Counted from the first letter of the stretch, positions 1 to 8,902 are shown. The stretch is DNA of 39,828 bases from an uncultured Bacteroidales bacterium (GCA_937871625.1 CALMRD010000332.1:1-39828), one strand, 5' to 3'. The notes: generated by a model not told the origin, from the letters alone. Program-made: numbers and translations.

Positions 1-149
1 AAGCTGCCAAATCCCCTGAGATAAACATTATTGCCTGCAACCATCGAGTCCTTAACTGATTCCATGAAAGCCTCAACGGTCTTCTGAACGGTCACTTTCT
101 CAATTCCAGTGTTCTTGGCAATTTCGTTAACAATGTCTGCTTTTGTCAT
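1..149 (-). CDS. hup: HU family DNA-binding protein, 3' end outside the window
   Basis: Manual minus-strand translation from ATG at 149: MTKADIVNEIAKNTGIEKVTVQKTVEAFMESVKDSMVAGNNVYLRGFGS, a typical HU N-terminus. Absent from the ORF track because it is truncated. Confidence 0.92.
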   Translation of the reverse strand, partial: MTKADIVNEIAKNTGIEKVTVQKTVEAFMESVKDSMVAGNNVYLRGFGS

Positions 150-203
150 TTTGCACGAATTTAAATTCAACAAATTATTTTGATGTTCTGTTTTTTCAAT
201 GTG

Positions 204-211
204 CAAATATA
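204..211 (-). promoter_or_regulatory. Bacteroidota -7 promoter element TATATTTG for hup (second copy at 225-232)
   Basis: Matches the TAnnTTTG consensus about 55 nt upstream of the hup ATG. Confidence 0.55.
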
Positions 212-420
212 AAATATTATTTGTCAAATATAGTTGATAAAGATTTTTTTCGCTCCGAAAATGCTGATTTTTTGATATCTATAAAATTATCGGCTCCGAT
301 GCATGTGATTCTTTACCCTTCCCGTGGCCTGCAGCGAGGGCTCCCATCAGCGACGGAGCTCACCCTCTCATTTTTTTTGTAACTTTACAATCTCCATCAA
401 AGAATAATATATTAAGAGGT

Positions 421-885
421 ATGTCATTCAATAAAGTAATACTAGTTGGCAACGTCGGGAAAGATCCCGAGATCAGGCGTTTTGAAAATAACAGCAAGGC
501 CTCGTTCTCTCTGGCCACCAGTGAGACCTATACTCCCAAGGGCGGCGACAGGGTAACGCAGACCGAATGGCACAATATTGTTGCATGGAGGAGACTTGCG
601 GATCTGGCCGAGAACTATATCCGCAAAGGCTCCCAGATACTCGTTGAGGGCAAACTGCGCTACCGCTCCTATGACGACCGGGAAGGCATCAAGAGGTATG
701 TAGTTGAGGTTGAGGCTGATGTGATTCAGCTTCTTGGCCGCAAGCCCGATGGTGGAAACCAGCAGTCGTCCGGCGGACAGAACAGCCAGGGCGGCACCGG
801 CGGTTATAATCAGCCCTCCCAGTCAGGGGATGAGATCAGCGATGATCTCACAACCCGTGACCCTGCTGATGATCTTCCCTTCTAG
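421..885 (+). CDS. ssb: Single-stranded DNA-binding protein
   Basis: NKVILVGNVGKDPE start, TEWHNIV motif, G/Q-rich linker, C-terminal DDLPF. Confidence 0.97.
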   Translation: MSFNKVILVGNVGKDPEIRRFENNSKASFSLATSETYTPKGGDRVTQTEWHNIVAWRRLADLAENYIRKGSQILVEGKLRYRSYDDREGIKRYVVEVEADVIQLLGRKPDGGNQQSSGGQNSQGGTGGYNQPSQSGDEISDDLTTRDPADDLPF

Positions 886-903
886 CAAACGAAAACCCTG
901 ATT

Positions 904-2232
904 TTGGAGACACTATTGTCAGGTTTTATCTGCGGCATCATGCCGACTGTGGCTGTCACCGGAAGCATTTTCACGCTGGTCCTGCAGATAGTCCTGCTGA
1001 TCCTGCTGATATTTGCTTCAGCCTTTGTATCAGGATCGGAGGTAGCTTATTTTTCGCTTACACCGACTGACATTGAGGAGCTGGAGCACAGCAGGAGCAG
1101 GAGAGCATCGACAGCCATGAAACTGCTCTCGCGGCCGGAGAAGCTGCTCAGTAGTATACTGGTGACCAACAATATCATCAACATCGCGTTGATAATCCTG
1201 GCAGCATTCATCAGCTCACGACTCTTTGACCTGAGCAACAACCCCATTCTTTCATTCATCATAGAGGTGGTGGTGATCACCTTCCTGCTTCTGCTCTTCT
1301 GTGAGGTGATGCCCAAGGTCTATGCATCGCGCAATCAGCTCAGGTTTGCACTTACCATGGCTCCCACCCTGGCACTGGTATCACGCATTGTCAGTCCGCT
1401 GGCCTCTGCCCTGTCGTTCTCCTCTTTCTTTGTAAGAAAGAGACAGCGGCCCAGGGACAGCAGCATGGACATCAGCGATCTCTCCACTGCCCTGGAGCTC
1501 ACATCCTCGGAGATGAAGGATGACAGGGAACTGCTGAAGGGGGTTGTGCGGTTTGGTAACATAAGCGTCAGCGCAGTGATGTGCCCGCGCATTGACGTGA
1601 CCGCCCTCGACATAACAAGGGGGTTCTCCTCCGTAATGTCAGAGGTGAGAGAATCAGGCTTCTCGCGCATTCCCGTATACTCGGGGTCATTTGACAACGT
1701 TAAGGGGATACTATTTGTCAAGGATCTGCTGCCCCACCTGGGCAAGCCTGACACCTTCAGGTGGCAGACGCTGATCAGGCCTCCCTACATGATACCCGAA
1801 ACAAAGAAGATCAGCGAATTGCTCAAAGAGTTCCAGGAGAAGAAGATACATATGGCCATTGTGGTCGACGAGTATGGGGGTACCAGTGGCATAGTAACGC
1901 TTGAGGATGTGCTTGAGGAGATAGTGGGTGACATCACCGACGAGACTGACGAGGAGATGCCTCTCTTCAGGGAGACGGGTGAAGGGAAATGGACATTTGA
2001 CGGGAAGATACTGCTGAACGACTTCTACAGGATCACCGGCGCGGATGACGGACTTTTCTCCGACATCAGGGGTGACTCCGAGACTCTTGCCGGTCTTCTG
2101 CTTGAGCTGCTCAGGGAGATACCCCTCAGGGGAAGGGTCATTACTGCAGAGGGTTTCAGGTTTACCATTGAGAAAGTGGAGAAGCGGCGGATAAGAGAGA
2201 TAGAGGTTGAAAAAATAAGTAAAAATTTATGA
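904..2232 (+). CDS. gldE: GldE / CNNM-CBS-CorC hemolysin-family membrane protein
   Basis: SAFVSGSEVAYFSL CNNM motif, EVMPK, CBS pair (FSRIPVY; AIVVDEYGGTSGIVTLEDVLEEIVG), directly upstream of gldD; TTG start. Confidence 0.85.
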   Translation: METLLSGFICGIMPTVAVTGSIFTLVLQIVLLILLIFASAFVSGSEVAYFSLTPTDIEELEHSRSRRASTAMKLLSRPEKLLSSILVTNNIINIALIILAAFISSRLFDLSNNPILSFIIEVVVITFLLLLFCEVMPKVYASRNQLRFALTMAPTLALVSRIVSPLASALSFSSFFVRKRQRPRDSSMDISDLSTALELTSSEMKDDRELLKGVVRFGNISVSAVMCPRIDVTALDITRGFSSVMSEVRESGFSRIPVYSGSFDNVKGILFVKDLLPHLGKPDTFRWQTLIRPPYMIPETKKISELLKEFQEKKIHMAIVVDEYGGTSGIVTLEDVLEEIVGDITDETDEEMPLFRETGEGKWTFDGKILLNDFYRITGADDGLFSDIRGDSETLAGLLLELLREIPLRGRVITAEGFRFTIEKVEKRRIREIEVEKISKNL

Positions 2233-2816
2233 GACAGACCGTTGCGTCATTCATGTTTGTTGCCGTACTGCTCCTTACCGTACTGCTCCCTGGCGGCTGC
2301 CGGCAGGCTGCCGTTCCGCGTCCGGCAGGCTATTTCCGCATCGATCTGCCGGAGAAGAGTTACATCCATTTTGATTCTCCGTGCTCATATTCCATTGAGT
2401 ACCCTGCCTACGGCAAGGTCAATCCCAGGCCGGCGGATGCCTCAGACACCTGCTGGATGGACATTGAGTTTCCCGGCTTCAGGGCGATGATTCACCTCTC
2501 CTACTTTGACCTTAAGGGCAACCTTGCCACCCTCACCGAGATGTCGCGCGAGCTGGCCTACAAGCACACCATCAGGGCTGATGCGATAGAAGAGAAGCTC
2601 TGGTCAGATGACTCATCACGCGTCTACGGCATACTGTACGACCTCAGGGGCAACACCGCCTCTGCGGTACAGTTCTTCGTCACCGACAGCACGCAGCACT
2701 ACCTGCGCGGGTCACTCTACTTCATGGCTCAGCCCAACGAGGATTCACTGATGCCGGTCATCAGCTTCCTCAGAGAAGATATCATTCACCTTATCGAGAC
2801 CCTGAACTGGAGGTAA
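2229..2816 (+). CDS. gldD: Gliding motility lipoprotein GldD
   Basis: Lipoprotein-type signal ending in Cys, PRPAGYFRIDLP, QFFVTDSTQHYLRGSLYF, PNEDSL; ATGA overlap with gldE. Confidence 0.9.
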   Translation: MRQTVASFMFVAVLLLTVLLPGGCRQAAVPRPAGYFRIDLPEKSYIHFDSPCSYSIEYPAYGKVNPRPADASDTCWMDIEFPGFRAMIHLSYFDLKGNLATLTEMSRELAYKHTIRADAIEEKLWSDDSSRVYGILYDLRGNTASAVQFFVTDSTQHYLRGSLYFMAQPNEDSLMPVISFLREDIIHLIETLNWR

Positions 2817-2818
2817 CC

Positions 2819-3463
2819 GTGGGCTGCATCACCAAGCACTATCTGAACAGGGAGACCATGCTGGGTGTCTGGAAGATCGAGGAGGATCTGCCAACCCTCC
2901 TGGAGATGGTGGAGCTGGGTCCGGAGGACAAAAAGAGATACTCTGTCTTCCGCAGTACATCCAGGAAGGTGGAGTTCCTGAGCGTAAGGGCCCTGCTGGC
3001 CGAGATGCTCGACAGGGACGCACGTATAGTCTATAATAAAAACAACAAGCCCTTCATAAAGGACGGATCGCATTTCATAAGCATCTCACACTCCAACAAA
3101 CTGACAGCCATCATTCTCAGCACCAACGAGAGGGTCGGCATTGACCTGGAGTACATGAGAGTGAACATCAACGCCTTTGCCTCACGGTTTCTCAATAAGA
3201 GGGAGAAGGTCACGCGGCGCTGGGCAGACCGCACCTATCATCTCTATATCCACTGGTGTGCCAAGGAGACCATGTACAAGATCTGCGACAAGGAGGGTAT
3301 TAACATTGTGAATGACATCACCATTGAGCCCTTTGACGTGAAGGAGTCGGGTGAGATAAGGGGATATGTAAAGAATGAGCGGATCGATGATCATTTCACG
3401 CTCTATTATTCGAAATATGACAATTACACGATTGTCTGGACCAAGAAGAGGCATGAGAGTTAA
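2819..3463 (+). CDS. 4'-phosphopantetheinyl transferase family protein
   Basis: ISISHS, VGIDLE and HWCAKETMYK motifs; GTG start. Confidence 0.88.
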   Translation: MGCITKHYLNRETMLGVWKIEEDLPTLLEMVELGPEDKKRYSVFRSTSRKVEFLSVRALLAEMLDRDARIVYNKNNKPFIKDGSHFISISHSNKLTAIILSTNERVGIDLEYMRVNINAFASRFLNKREKVTRRWADRTYHLYIHWCAKETMYKICDKEGINIVNDITIEPFDVKESGEIRGYVKNERIDDHFTLYYSKYDNYTIVWTKKRHES

Positions 3464-4193
3464 CATCCCATGGAGGGATAGAAAGGTAGTGGCTCAGCTC
3501 ATTGACCCTGACAGGGCAGGGGAAGAGACGCTGGTGGCGGCGGCGGGACATGCTGCCGAAGCCGGCGCTGATATGTTCCTCGTCGGCGGCAGCCTGACAT
3601 CTGTCAGTGCCGGCAGTGTGATCAGGAGGCTGAAAGAGCTCTCAGACAAGCCGGTTATCCTCTTCCCTGGCGACCTTACGCAACTGACAGCAGAGGCAGA
3701 CGCTATTTTTCTTCTGTCGCTCATCAGCGGCCGCAACCCCGAACTGCTTATCGGCAATCATGTCATTGCCGCCCCGCACCTCAGACATATACGTGACAGG
3801 GTCATTCCTGTGGGTTATATGCTCATCGACTGTGGCAACAGGACCTCTGTTGAATATATGAGCCAGACCTCTCCCCTGCCCTACGACAAGCTTGACATCG
3901 CCGTTGCCACCGCCCTGGCAGGTGAGATGCTGGGTATGACGGCCATCTACCTTGAGGGAGGCAGTGGCGCTGCCAGGCCTGTAGCCCCTGCCATGATAAA
4001 AGCAGTGCGGTCAGAGTTGCGAATACCGCTCATCACCGGCGGTGGACTGGACACCCCCGGCAGGATTGAAGAGGCCTTTGTTGCCGGAGCGGATATGGTG
4101 GTGATAGGAAACGGATGTGAACAGAATCCGATGCTGATACATGAGGCGTGCCGCGTCAGAGACCGGCTAAATCAAAGGACGGTTACTGCCTGA
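3453..4193 (+). CDS. Geranylgeranylglyceryl/heptaprenylglyceryl phosphate synthase (group II GGGPS-like)
   Basis: LIDPD, LVGGS, PVILFPG, LSLISGRNP, YLEGGSGA, TGGGL, VVIGN. Start moved from 3375 to the ATG at 3453 to reduce overlap with the PPTase gene. Confidence 0.9.
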   Translation: MRVNIPWRDRKVVAQLIDPDRAGEETLVAAAGHAAEAGADMFLVGGSLTSVSAGSVIRRLKELSDKPVILFPGDLTQLTAEADAIFLLSLISGRNPELLIGNHVIAAPHLRHIRDRVIPVGYMLIDCGNRTSVEYMSQTSPLPYDKLDIAVATALAGEMLGMTAIYLEGGSGAARPVAPAMIKAVRSELRIPLITGGGLDTPGRIEEAFVAGADMVVIGNGCEQNPMLIHEACRVRDRLNQRTVTA

Positions 4194-4259
4194 CCTGCTG
4201 CGTCCGGCTGGTTCACCGGAAAAATGTTCACCCGGCATCACCGCAGACTACCTGCCCTC

Positions 4260-5909
4260 TTATCTGAACAGTTCATGCAGCGGGTCGCCACTGGCAGCGT
4301 TGGGCAGTGGTATCCTGCACAGGATTGACAGGGTCACGGCAATATCCCTGGTGCTCACACTGCGGGTTACGGAGGCCTTGCTGGCTGTCCACCCGAACCA
4401 TATCAGCGGCACATGACTGTCATATTCATAGGGTGAATTATGCCCGGTGACATGGTCGGTTTTCTCCACCCAGCCCGGATTGAGGGCAATCATAACATCG
4501 CCCGACCGCTGCTGGCTGAAGTTGTTGCTCATCTTGAGCAGCAGCCCCGCAGAGAAGTCGCTCATCTCGAACGATGAGGTAGGCACCGCAGCTGCGATGC
4601 CGGAGAACTGAACCATAAAGCGCGCCACCCGTCTCTGCATCTCGCCGAGACTGATCTTTGCATCTTCAATGAGCGACCTGTTAAGATATATCTGGTTGTC
4701 AAAAAAACCCCTGACCCAGTCGCCCGTGCCGTAAATGGCGTTGAGATAGCTGCGCAGCAGCTGGAGCGACTGATTGACCCTGAAATATCCTGATGGTATC
4801 CGGCTGGCGGCCAGCACAGAGGGGATTTCCGAGATACCGTGGGCAGAGACGAAATAGACAAGCACATTCTTTTTGCCAAGTGATTTATCGATCTCCCTGA
4901 GAAGCCTGTTTATGTTCCTGTCGAGTCTCACCAGGGCATCTGAGCTCTCTACTGACGAGGGGCCGAAGCGGTGCCCTATCTGTTCCGTGGCAGAGTATGT
5001 AATTGCCAGATAATCTGTCACATCATCCTGTCCCATCTGCTCATTGCTGATGAGTCTGAGGGCCAGCTCGGTAGTGAAGTCATCAGCGAAGGGGGTTTCA
5101 CGGAGGATGGAATAATCCCTTACTGTCTTCAGCAGCCTGCCCGTTGTTGAAAGCTCCTTAAGGTCATAGGGAAACCAGCTCTGGCCGTTGAATCCTTTTT
5201 CCAGCTCACTGGAGTCTGGCTGGCAGCCAGGGTACAAGGCCGGGTCCATCAGCGGGGTCCATGACTGGTTCAGGTACTGACCCGGCATCATCATTGCGTT
5301 GAGGTCCATGAGCCACGACGGCAGGGCCGGCCCGTAATAGTCGCTGCTCATCCACGTTCCGGTGCGGTCGTCATACCAGTAGGCACCGTCGGCGGCATGG
5401 CCGGCGGTGAGGATGGCTCCCATCTCCTTCATGCCGATGCCGTAGACCTTTGAAACGCCGCAGGATGACATCTCCAGCTCATCGGCAAAGGTCGACGAGA
5501 GAAGATTCACCGGCGAGAAGAGCCCTGTCTCAAAGGTGCCTCCGATGGCGGCGGCTTCCGGGTCCTGCACGCAGTATATTATCTGGTCATTGAAGGGATG
5601 GAACCATGAGTCCGAAGTGATACCATGTTGCGAAGGAGTGGCTCCGGTGGATATGGTTGCATACCCTGGTCCTGCCTGCGTTGAGAGATAGTCGAGCGAG
5701 ACATTGCGGTAGTAGGTGCCCTCGCTGACCAGCCGCTTCAGTCCGTCATCGGGAAGATTTCCCCATATGCGTTCCAGCTGATCGAAGCGAAGCTGTTCAA
5801 CGACGATGCCTATTACCAGCCTGGGTTTCTCGGGAGGTATATAGGCAGACTGTGCTACGGTGAAAGCAGAGAAGAGAGACAGAGACAAGACCGTAAGTAC
5901 CTTTTTCAT
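4260..5909 (-). CDS. Exported alkaline phosphatase family (PafA-like) protein with substituted catalytic residues
   Basis: Signal peptide, KPRLVIGIVVEQLR, ATISTG, GHRFGP, HNSPYEYDSHVPL. Confidence 0.85.
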   Translation of the reverse strand: MKKVLTVLSLSLFSAFTVAQSAYIPPEKPRLVIGIVVEQLRFDQLERIWGNLPDDGLKRLVSEGTYYRNVSLDYLSTQAGPGYATISTGATPSQHGITSDSWFHPFNDQIIYCVQDPEAAAIGGTFETGLFSPVNLLSSTFADELEMSSCGVSKVYGIGMKEMGAILTAGHAADGAYWYDDRTGTWMSSDYYGPALPSWLMDLNAMMMPGQYLNQSWTPLMDPALYPGCQPDSSELEKGFNGQSWFPYDLKELSTTGRLLKTVRDYSILRETPFADDFTTELALRLISNEQMGQDDVTDYLAITYSATEQIGHRFGPSSVESSDALVRLDRNINRLLREIDKSLGKKNVLVYFVSAHGISEIPSVLAASRIPSGYFRVNQSLQLLRSYLNAIYGTGDWVRGFFDNQIYLNRSLIEDAKISLGEMQRRVARFMVQFSGIAAAVPTSSFEMSDFSAGLLLKMSNNFSQQRSGDVMIALNPGWVEKTDHVTGHNSPYEYDSHVPLIWFGWTASKASVTRSVSTRDIAVTLSILCRIPLPNAASGDPLHELFR

Positions 5910-6000
5910 GTTAAGAAAGTAAAATGGAGGAAATAAGCCCCAAAAATATCAGTTTTGGCTGTAACTGCAACATGAATGTTATAAAGATGTCATCTCCGGG

Positions 6001-7713
6001 TCACTGCGACTGCTGTCTGCTGATCACTGCCCTTGCGCGTACCGTGGGGCCATAGGGCTGTTTTCTTACAGCCACAATATATATTCCCGTGGAGAGGCCG
6101 CTGAAGTCGCACTGCAACGGCAGGCCGGGGTAGGCTGTGGTACGGTAGGTTCCGGCAACAGACCCCGAGGTGCTGCTTACGGTGACTGTCACCTCTCCGG
6201 TCAGCAGCTGTGGTGGCATGACACGGAACCTTCCGTCGGAAGGATTGGGCCAGATGAGCAGGTCTGACAGGGGAGGATCAGGCCATCTCTTATCCTGTTT
6301 CTGCAGCTGTACATCCACTGTAAGGCCGGCATCCCACGCTGTAAGGTCTGCTTCCATTGTGAACGACTGGTAGCCCGGACAGGAAAAAATGATATTGTAG
6401 TTGCCCGGCGCCGCCTGCCTGTTGTAATAGCCTGTCAGGGTGTCGGCGTAGACGTGGGAGGAGTCGGTGTCGTGTCCTTCAATGAATATCCTGGCGGGAA
6501 GCGGGTCTCCTGTTTCGGCATCGGTGACCCTGCCCCTGATGCCGTGGAGTGCTTCGGCCAGGAAGCGGAGCAGTGACCGGTGGTTCCATTGCCACAGCGC
6601 CTCGAGGTTTGATCCCTGTGTCATCTTTATATCATCGATCTCGATGGTCACCTCCCTTCCCCCGAGGCTCCAGGTGACGAAATCCTGCCTGCCGCCCCTG
6701 ACGGTATACCACTCCCACCCGCGGGTAACACCGTTATCCAGGAAAGTCATGTAGCCTTTTTCGGCATAACTGTGTACCGTATCCGCATATCGTCTGCTGA
6801 CCTGGTTAAACCAGTCGTCGTCAGCATGCAGTCTAGTCCATTTATCCCACGGGTAGTTGACCACCTCAGCGCCGGAGTGGATGTTTGCAGAGAGTACAAA
6901 CCGTTTCTCCTCCATGAATGAGATCATGTCAAGCGTCTCCTTCTGCAGCGGCGGCGGTGAGGCCACCTCCGGGTCGGGGAAATTGCGGTTGAGGTCATAA
7001 CCGTTGCTGTTGGCCCTGACAGGATAGATCATGGTGTCACTGTTGCGGTACATTCCGTCAGGGTTAGCCAGTGGATTGATCCATATCTCCAGCCGGGAGG
7101 TGAGCTCTGAGGCGAGGCCTTCATTCGCGCTCTCACAGGCGAGATACTCTGCCAGGCGCATGAGCAGCACAAAACCTGCCGGCTCATCACCGTGGATGGT
7201 AGAGCTGAGCATCACCCTGGGCCTGGGCTCATCGTCATCGGGGTCACCTGATATCTTCATCGCCAGGATGGCCCTTCCCATAATACTGTAACCGATGGTG
7301 TCCAGCGTGCAGAGCCCGGGCCACATGTCGGCCATCTTGTGCATGATGGTGTCATAGTGTTTCCAGGTGGGATAGGACTGCCACATCATTGCCTCGGCTG
7401 CCGAGCCGGCGGTGAAGAAGCCCTTCCTCTCCCCGGGCACGGCAAGCCTGTACTCTGTGCCGGAATCGATAAACGGACGGGCTGTCACCGGGGAGAGGCA
7501 GAGAACCGCGGCGATGCCGTCGCATGATGAGACAGAAAACCGCGAGGCAAGGTCTGTCATCGCGTCAAAGCCCGGATAGGCAATAATCACCTCAGCCTGC
7601 CCGTACTCTTTGACGGCGTTGAGTATGTCATCACCGCGGGCGGGATCCTGGCAGTATCCGTTCCCCCCTGCTGCAGAGAGCAGGAATAGCAGTATGATCA
7701 GCAGGTGTCTCAC
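6001..7713 (-). CDS. M14 zinc carboxypeptidase with regulatory-like beta domain and T9SS-type C-terminal domain
   Basis: HGDE, NPDG, DLNRNF, NIHSG, NYPWD; GIRGRVTD domain; IWPNPS...GIYIVAV tail; signal peptide; GTG start. Confidence 0.88.
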   Translation of the reverse strand: MRHLLIILLFLLSAAGGNGYCQDPARGDDILNAVKEYGQAEVIIAYPGFDAMTDLASRFSVSSCDGIAAVLCLSPVTARPFIDSGTEYRLAVPGERKGFFTAGSAAEAMMWQSYPTWKHYDTIMHKMADMWPGLCTLDTIGYSIMGRAILAMKISGDPDDDEPRPRVMLSSTIHGDEPAGFVLLMRLAEYLACESANEGLASELTSRLEIWINPLANPDGMYRNSDTMIYPVRANSNGYDLNRNFPDPEVASPPPLQKETLDMISFMEEKRFVLSANIHSGAEVVNYPWDKWTRLHADDDWFNQVSRRYADTVHSYAEKGYMTFLDNGVTRGWEWYTVRGGRQDFVTWSLGGREVTIEIDDIKMTQGSNLEALWQWNHRSLLRFLAEALHGIRGRVTDAETGDPLPARIFIEGHDTDSSHVYADTLTGYYNRQAAPGNYNIIFSCPGYQSFTMEADLTAWDAGLTVDVQLQKQDKRWPDPPLSDLLIWPNPSDGRFRVMPPQLLTGEVTVTVSSTSGSVAGTYRTTAYPGLPLQCDFSGLSTGIYIVAVRKQPYGPTVRARAVISRQQSQ

Positions 7714-7722
7714 CTGTCAGTA

Positions 7723-8811
7723 CTATACATTAAACCGTATGTGCAGAATGTCTCCGTCATCAACCACATAATTTTTTCCTTCCACCGATAGTTTTCCGGC
7801 CTCGCGGCAGGCATGTTCCGACCGGAGTGCAATGAAGTCGGCATATTTCATCACCTCTGCCCTGATGAAACCCCGCTCCAGGTCGGAGTGTATCACCCCG
7901 GCAGCCTGCGGGGCGGTCATCCCCGAGGTAATGGTCCACGCCCTTATTTCCTTGGGACCGACGGTAAAGAAGGTCAACAGGTCAAGCATCTCGTAGGCGG
8001 CCCTGACAAGCTTGTTCACTCCCGGTTCGTCGAGCCCGGCATCACGAAGGAACTCCATCCTGTCAGCCGCCTCGCTCAGGTTGGCTATCTCCGCCTCCAG
8101 GGCACCGGCGATCACCAGCGGCACAGCTCCCCTGGCCGCGAGATACTCCCTGACGGCAGAGACATATTGGTTACCCTTAACGGCAGAGGCCTCATCAACG
8201 TTGCATACAAAAAGAACCGGCTTCACCGTCAGAAGGAAGATGTCATCGACATATCTCTTATCCTCAGGCCTGACCTCCAGGGAAGAGGCATTCCGGAAGC
8301 CCTCCAGGTGCTCCCTGTACCGGTTCAGAACCTCGATCCCGTGCCTGGCATCCTTATCGCCTGTTTTGGCGGCTCGCTCAAGGCGTTGAATCTTTTTTTC
8401 CACTGACTCCACATCCTTGACCTGCAGCTCGAACTCAACATTCTCAAGGTCCCTCACGGGATTGACAGAGCCATTGATGTGCGGCAGCCTGTCGTCATCA
8501 AAGCATCGCAGGACATGTATCAGGGCATCGGTGTTTCGTATCTCTCCCAGCAGCCTGGCACCGGAGCTGTCGCCCTGTCCCCTGGCCAGGCCCGGAATAT
8601 CTACAATATCCACCGTTGTGTGTACCACCCTCTCTGTTGGCTGCAGCTTCTCAAGCTCATAGAGCCTCTGGTCAGGTACCTGTATCACGCCAAGGTTCGC
8701 CTTTACACCTGTACCGTAGGTATCCGTCTCACCGCGGGTGTTGGATATGCAATTGAAGATCGTGGTTTTACCTACGCTCATAATTCCTATAATGCCGCAT
8801 TTCAATGCCAT
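7723..8811 (-). CDS. ychF: YchF/OLA1-family ATPase with divergent G motifs
   Basis: KCGIIG...GKTT, VPDQRL, DIPGL, HVLRCF, NVDE, TFFTVGPKEIRAWT, IHSDLERGFIRAEV, RFNV. Start set at 8811 because a -7 element lies at 8834-8841. Confidence 0.85.
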   Translation of the reverse strand: MALKCGIIGIMSVGKTTIFNCISNTRGETDTYGTGVKANLGVIQVPDQRLYELEKLQPTERVVHTTVDIVDIPGLARGQGDSSGARLLGEIRNTDALIHVLRCFDDDRLPHINGSVNPVRDLENVEFELQVKDVESVEKKIQRLERAAKTGDKDARHGIEVLNRYREHLEGFRNASSLEVRPEDKRYVDDIFLLTVKPVLFVCNVDEASAVKGNQYVSAVREYLAARGAVPLVIAGALEAEIANLSEAADRMEFLRDAGLDEPGVNKLVRAAYEMLDLLTFFTVGPKEIRAWTITSGMTAPQAAGVIHSDLERGFIRAEVMKYADFIALRSEHACREAGKLSVEGKNYVVDDGDILHIRFNV

Positions 8812-8833
8812 TCCTGCTGATTTTTTGTTGCTG

Positions 8834-8841
8834 CAAAGGTA
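8834..8841 (-). promoter_or_regulatory. -7 element TACCTTTG for ychF
   Basis: Exact TAnnTTTG match followed by CA. Confidence 0.7.
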
Positions 8842-8894
8842 CCAAAAAGCTATAAGCAGGCACATGCCGCATCACCGGGGCCGATAGATTTTGC

Positions 8895-8902
8895 TATTTT
8901 TG
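8895..8902 (+). promoter_or_regulatory. -7 element TATTTTTG for the ECF sigma gene
   Basis: Exact TAnnTTTG match, divergent from the ychF element. Confidence 0.6.

Noticed and set aside
143-382. 79-aa plus-strand ORF
   Set aside because: TTG start, overlaps the hup start and promoter region, and has no recognisable motif
904-2816. gldE/gldD as evidence of gliding motility
   Set aside because: These two genes are not sufficient evidence, and the motor and adhesin genes are not in the window
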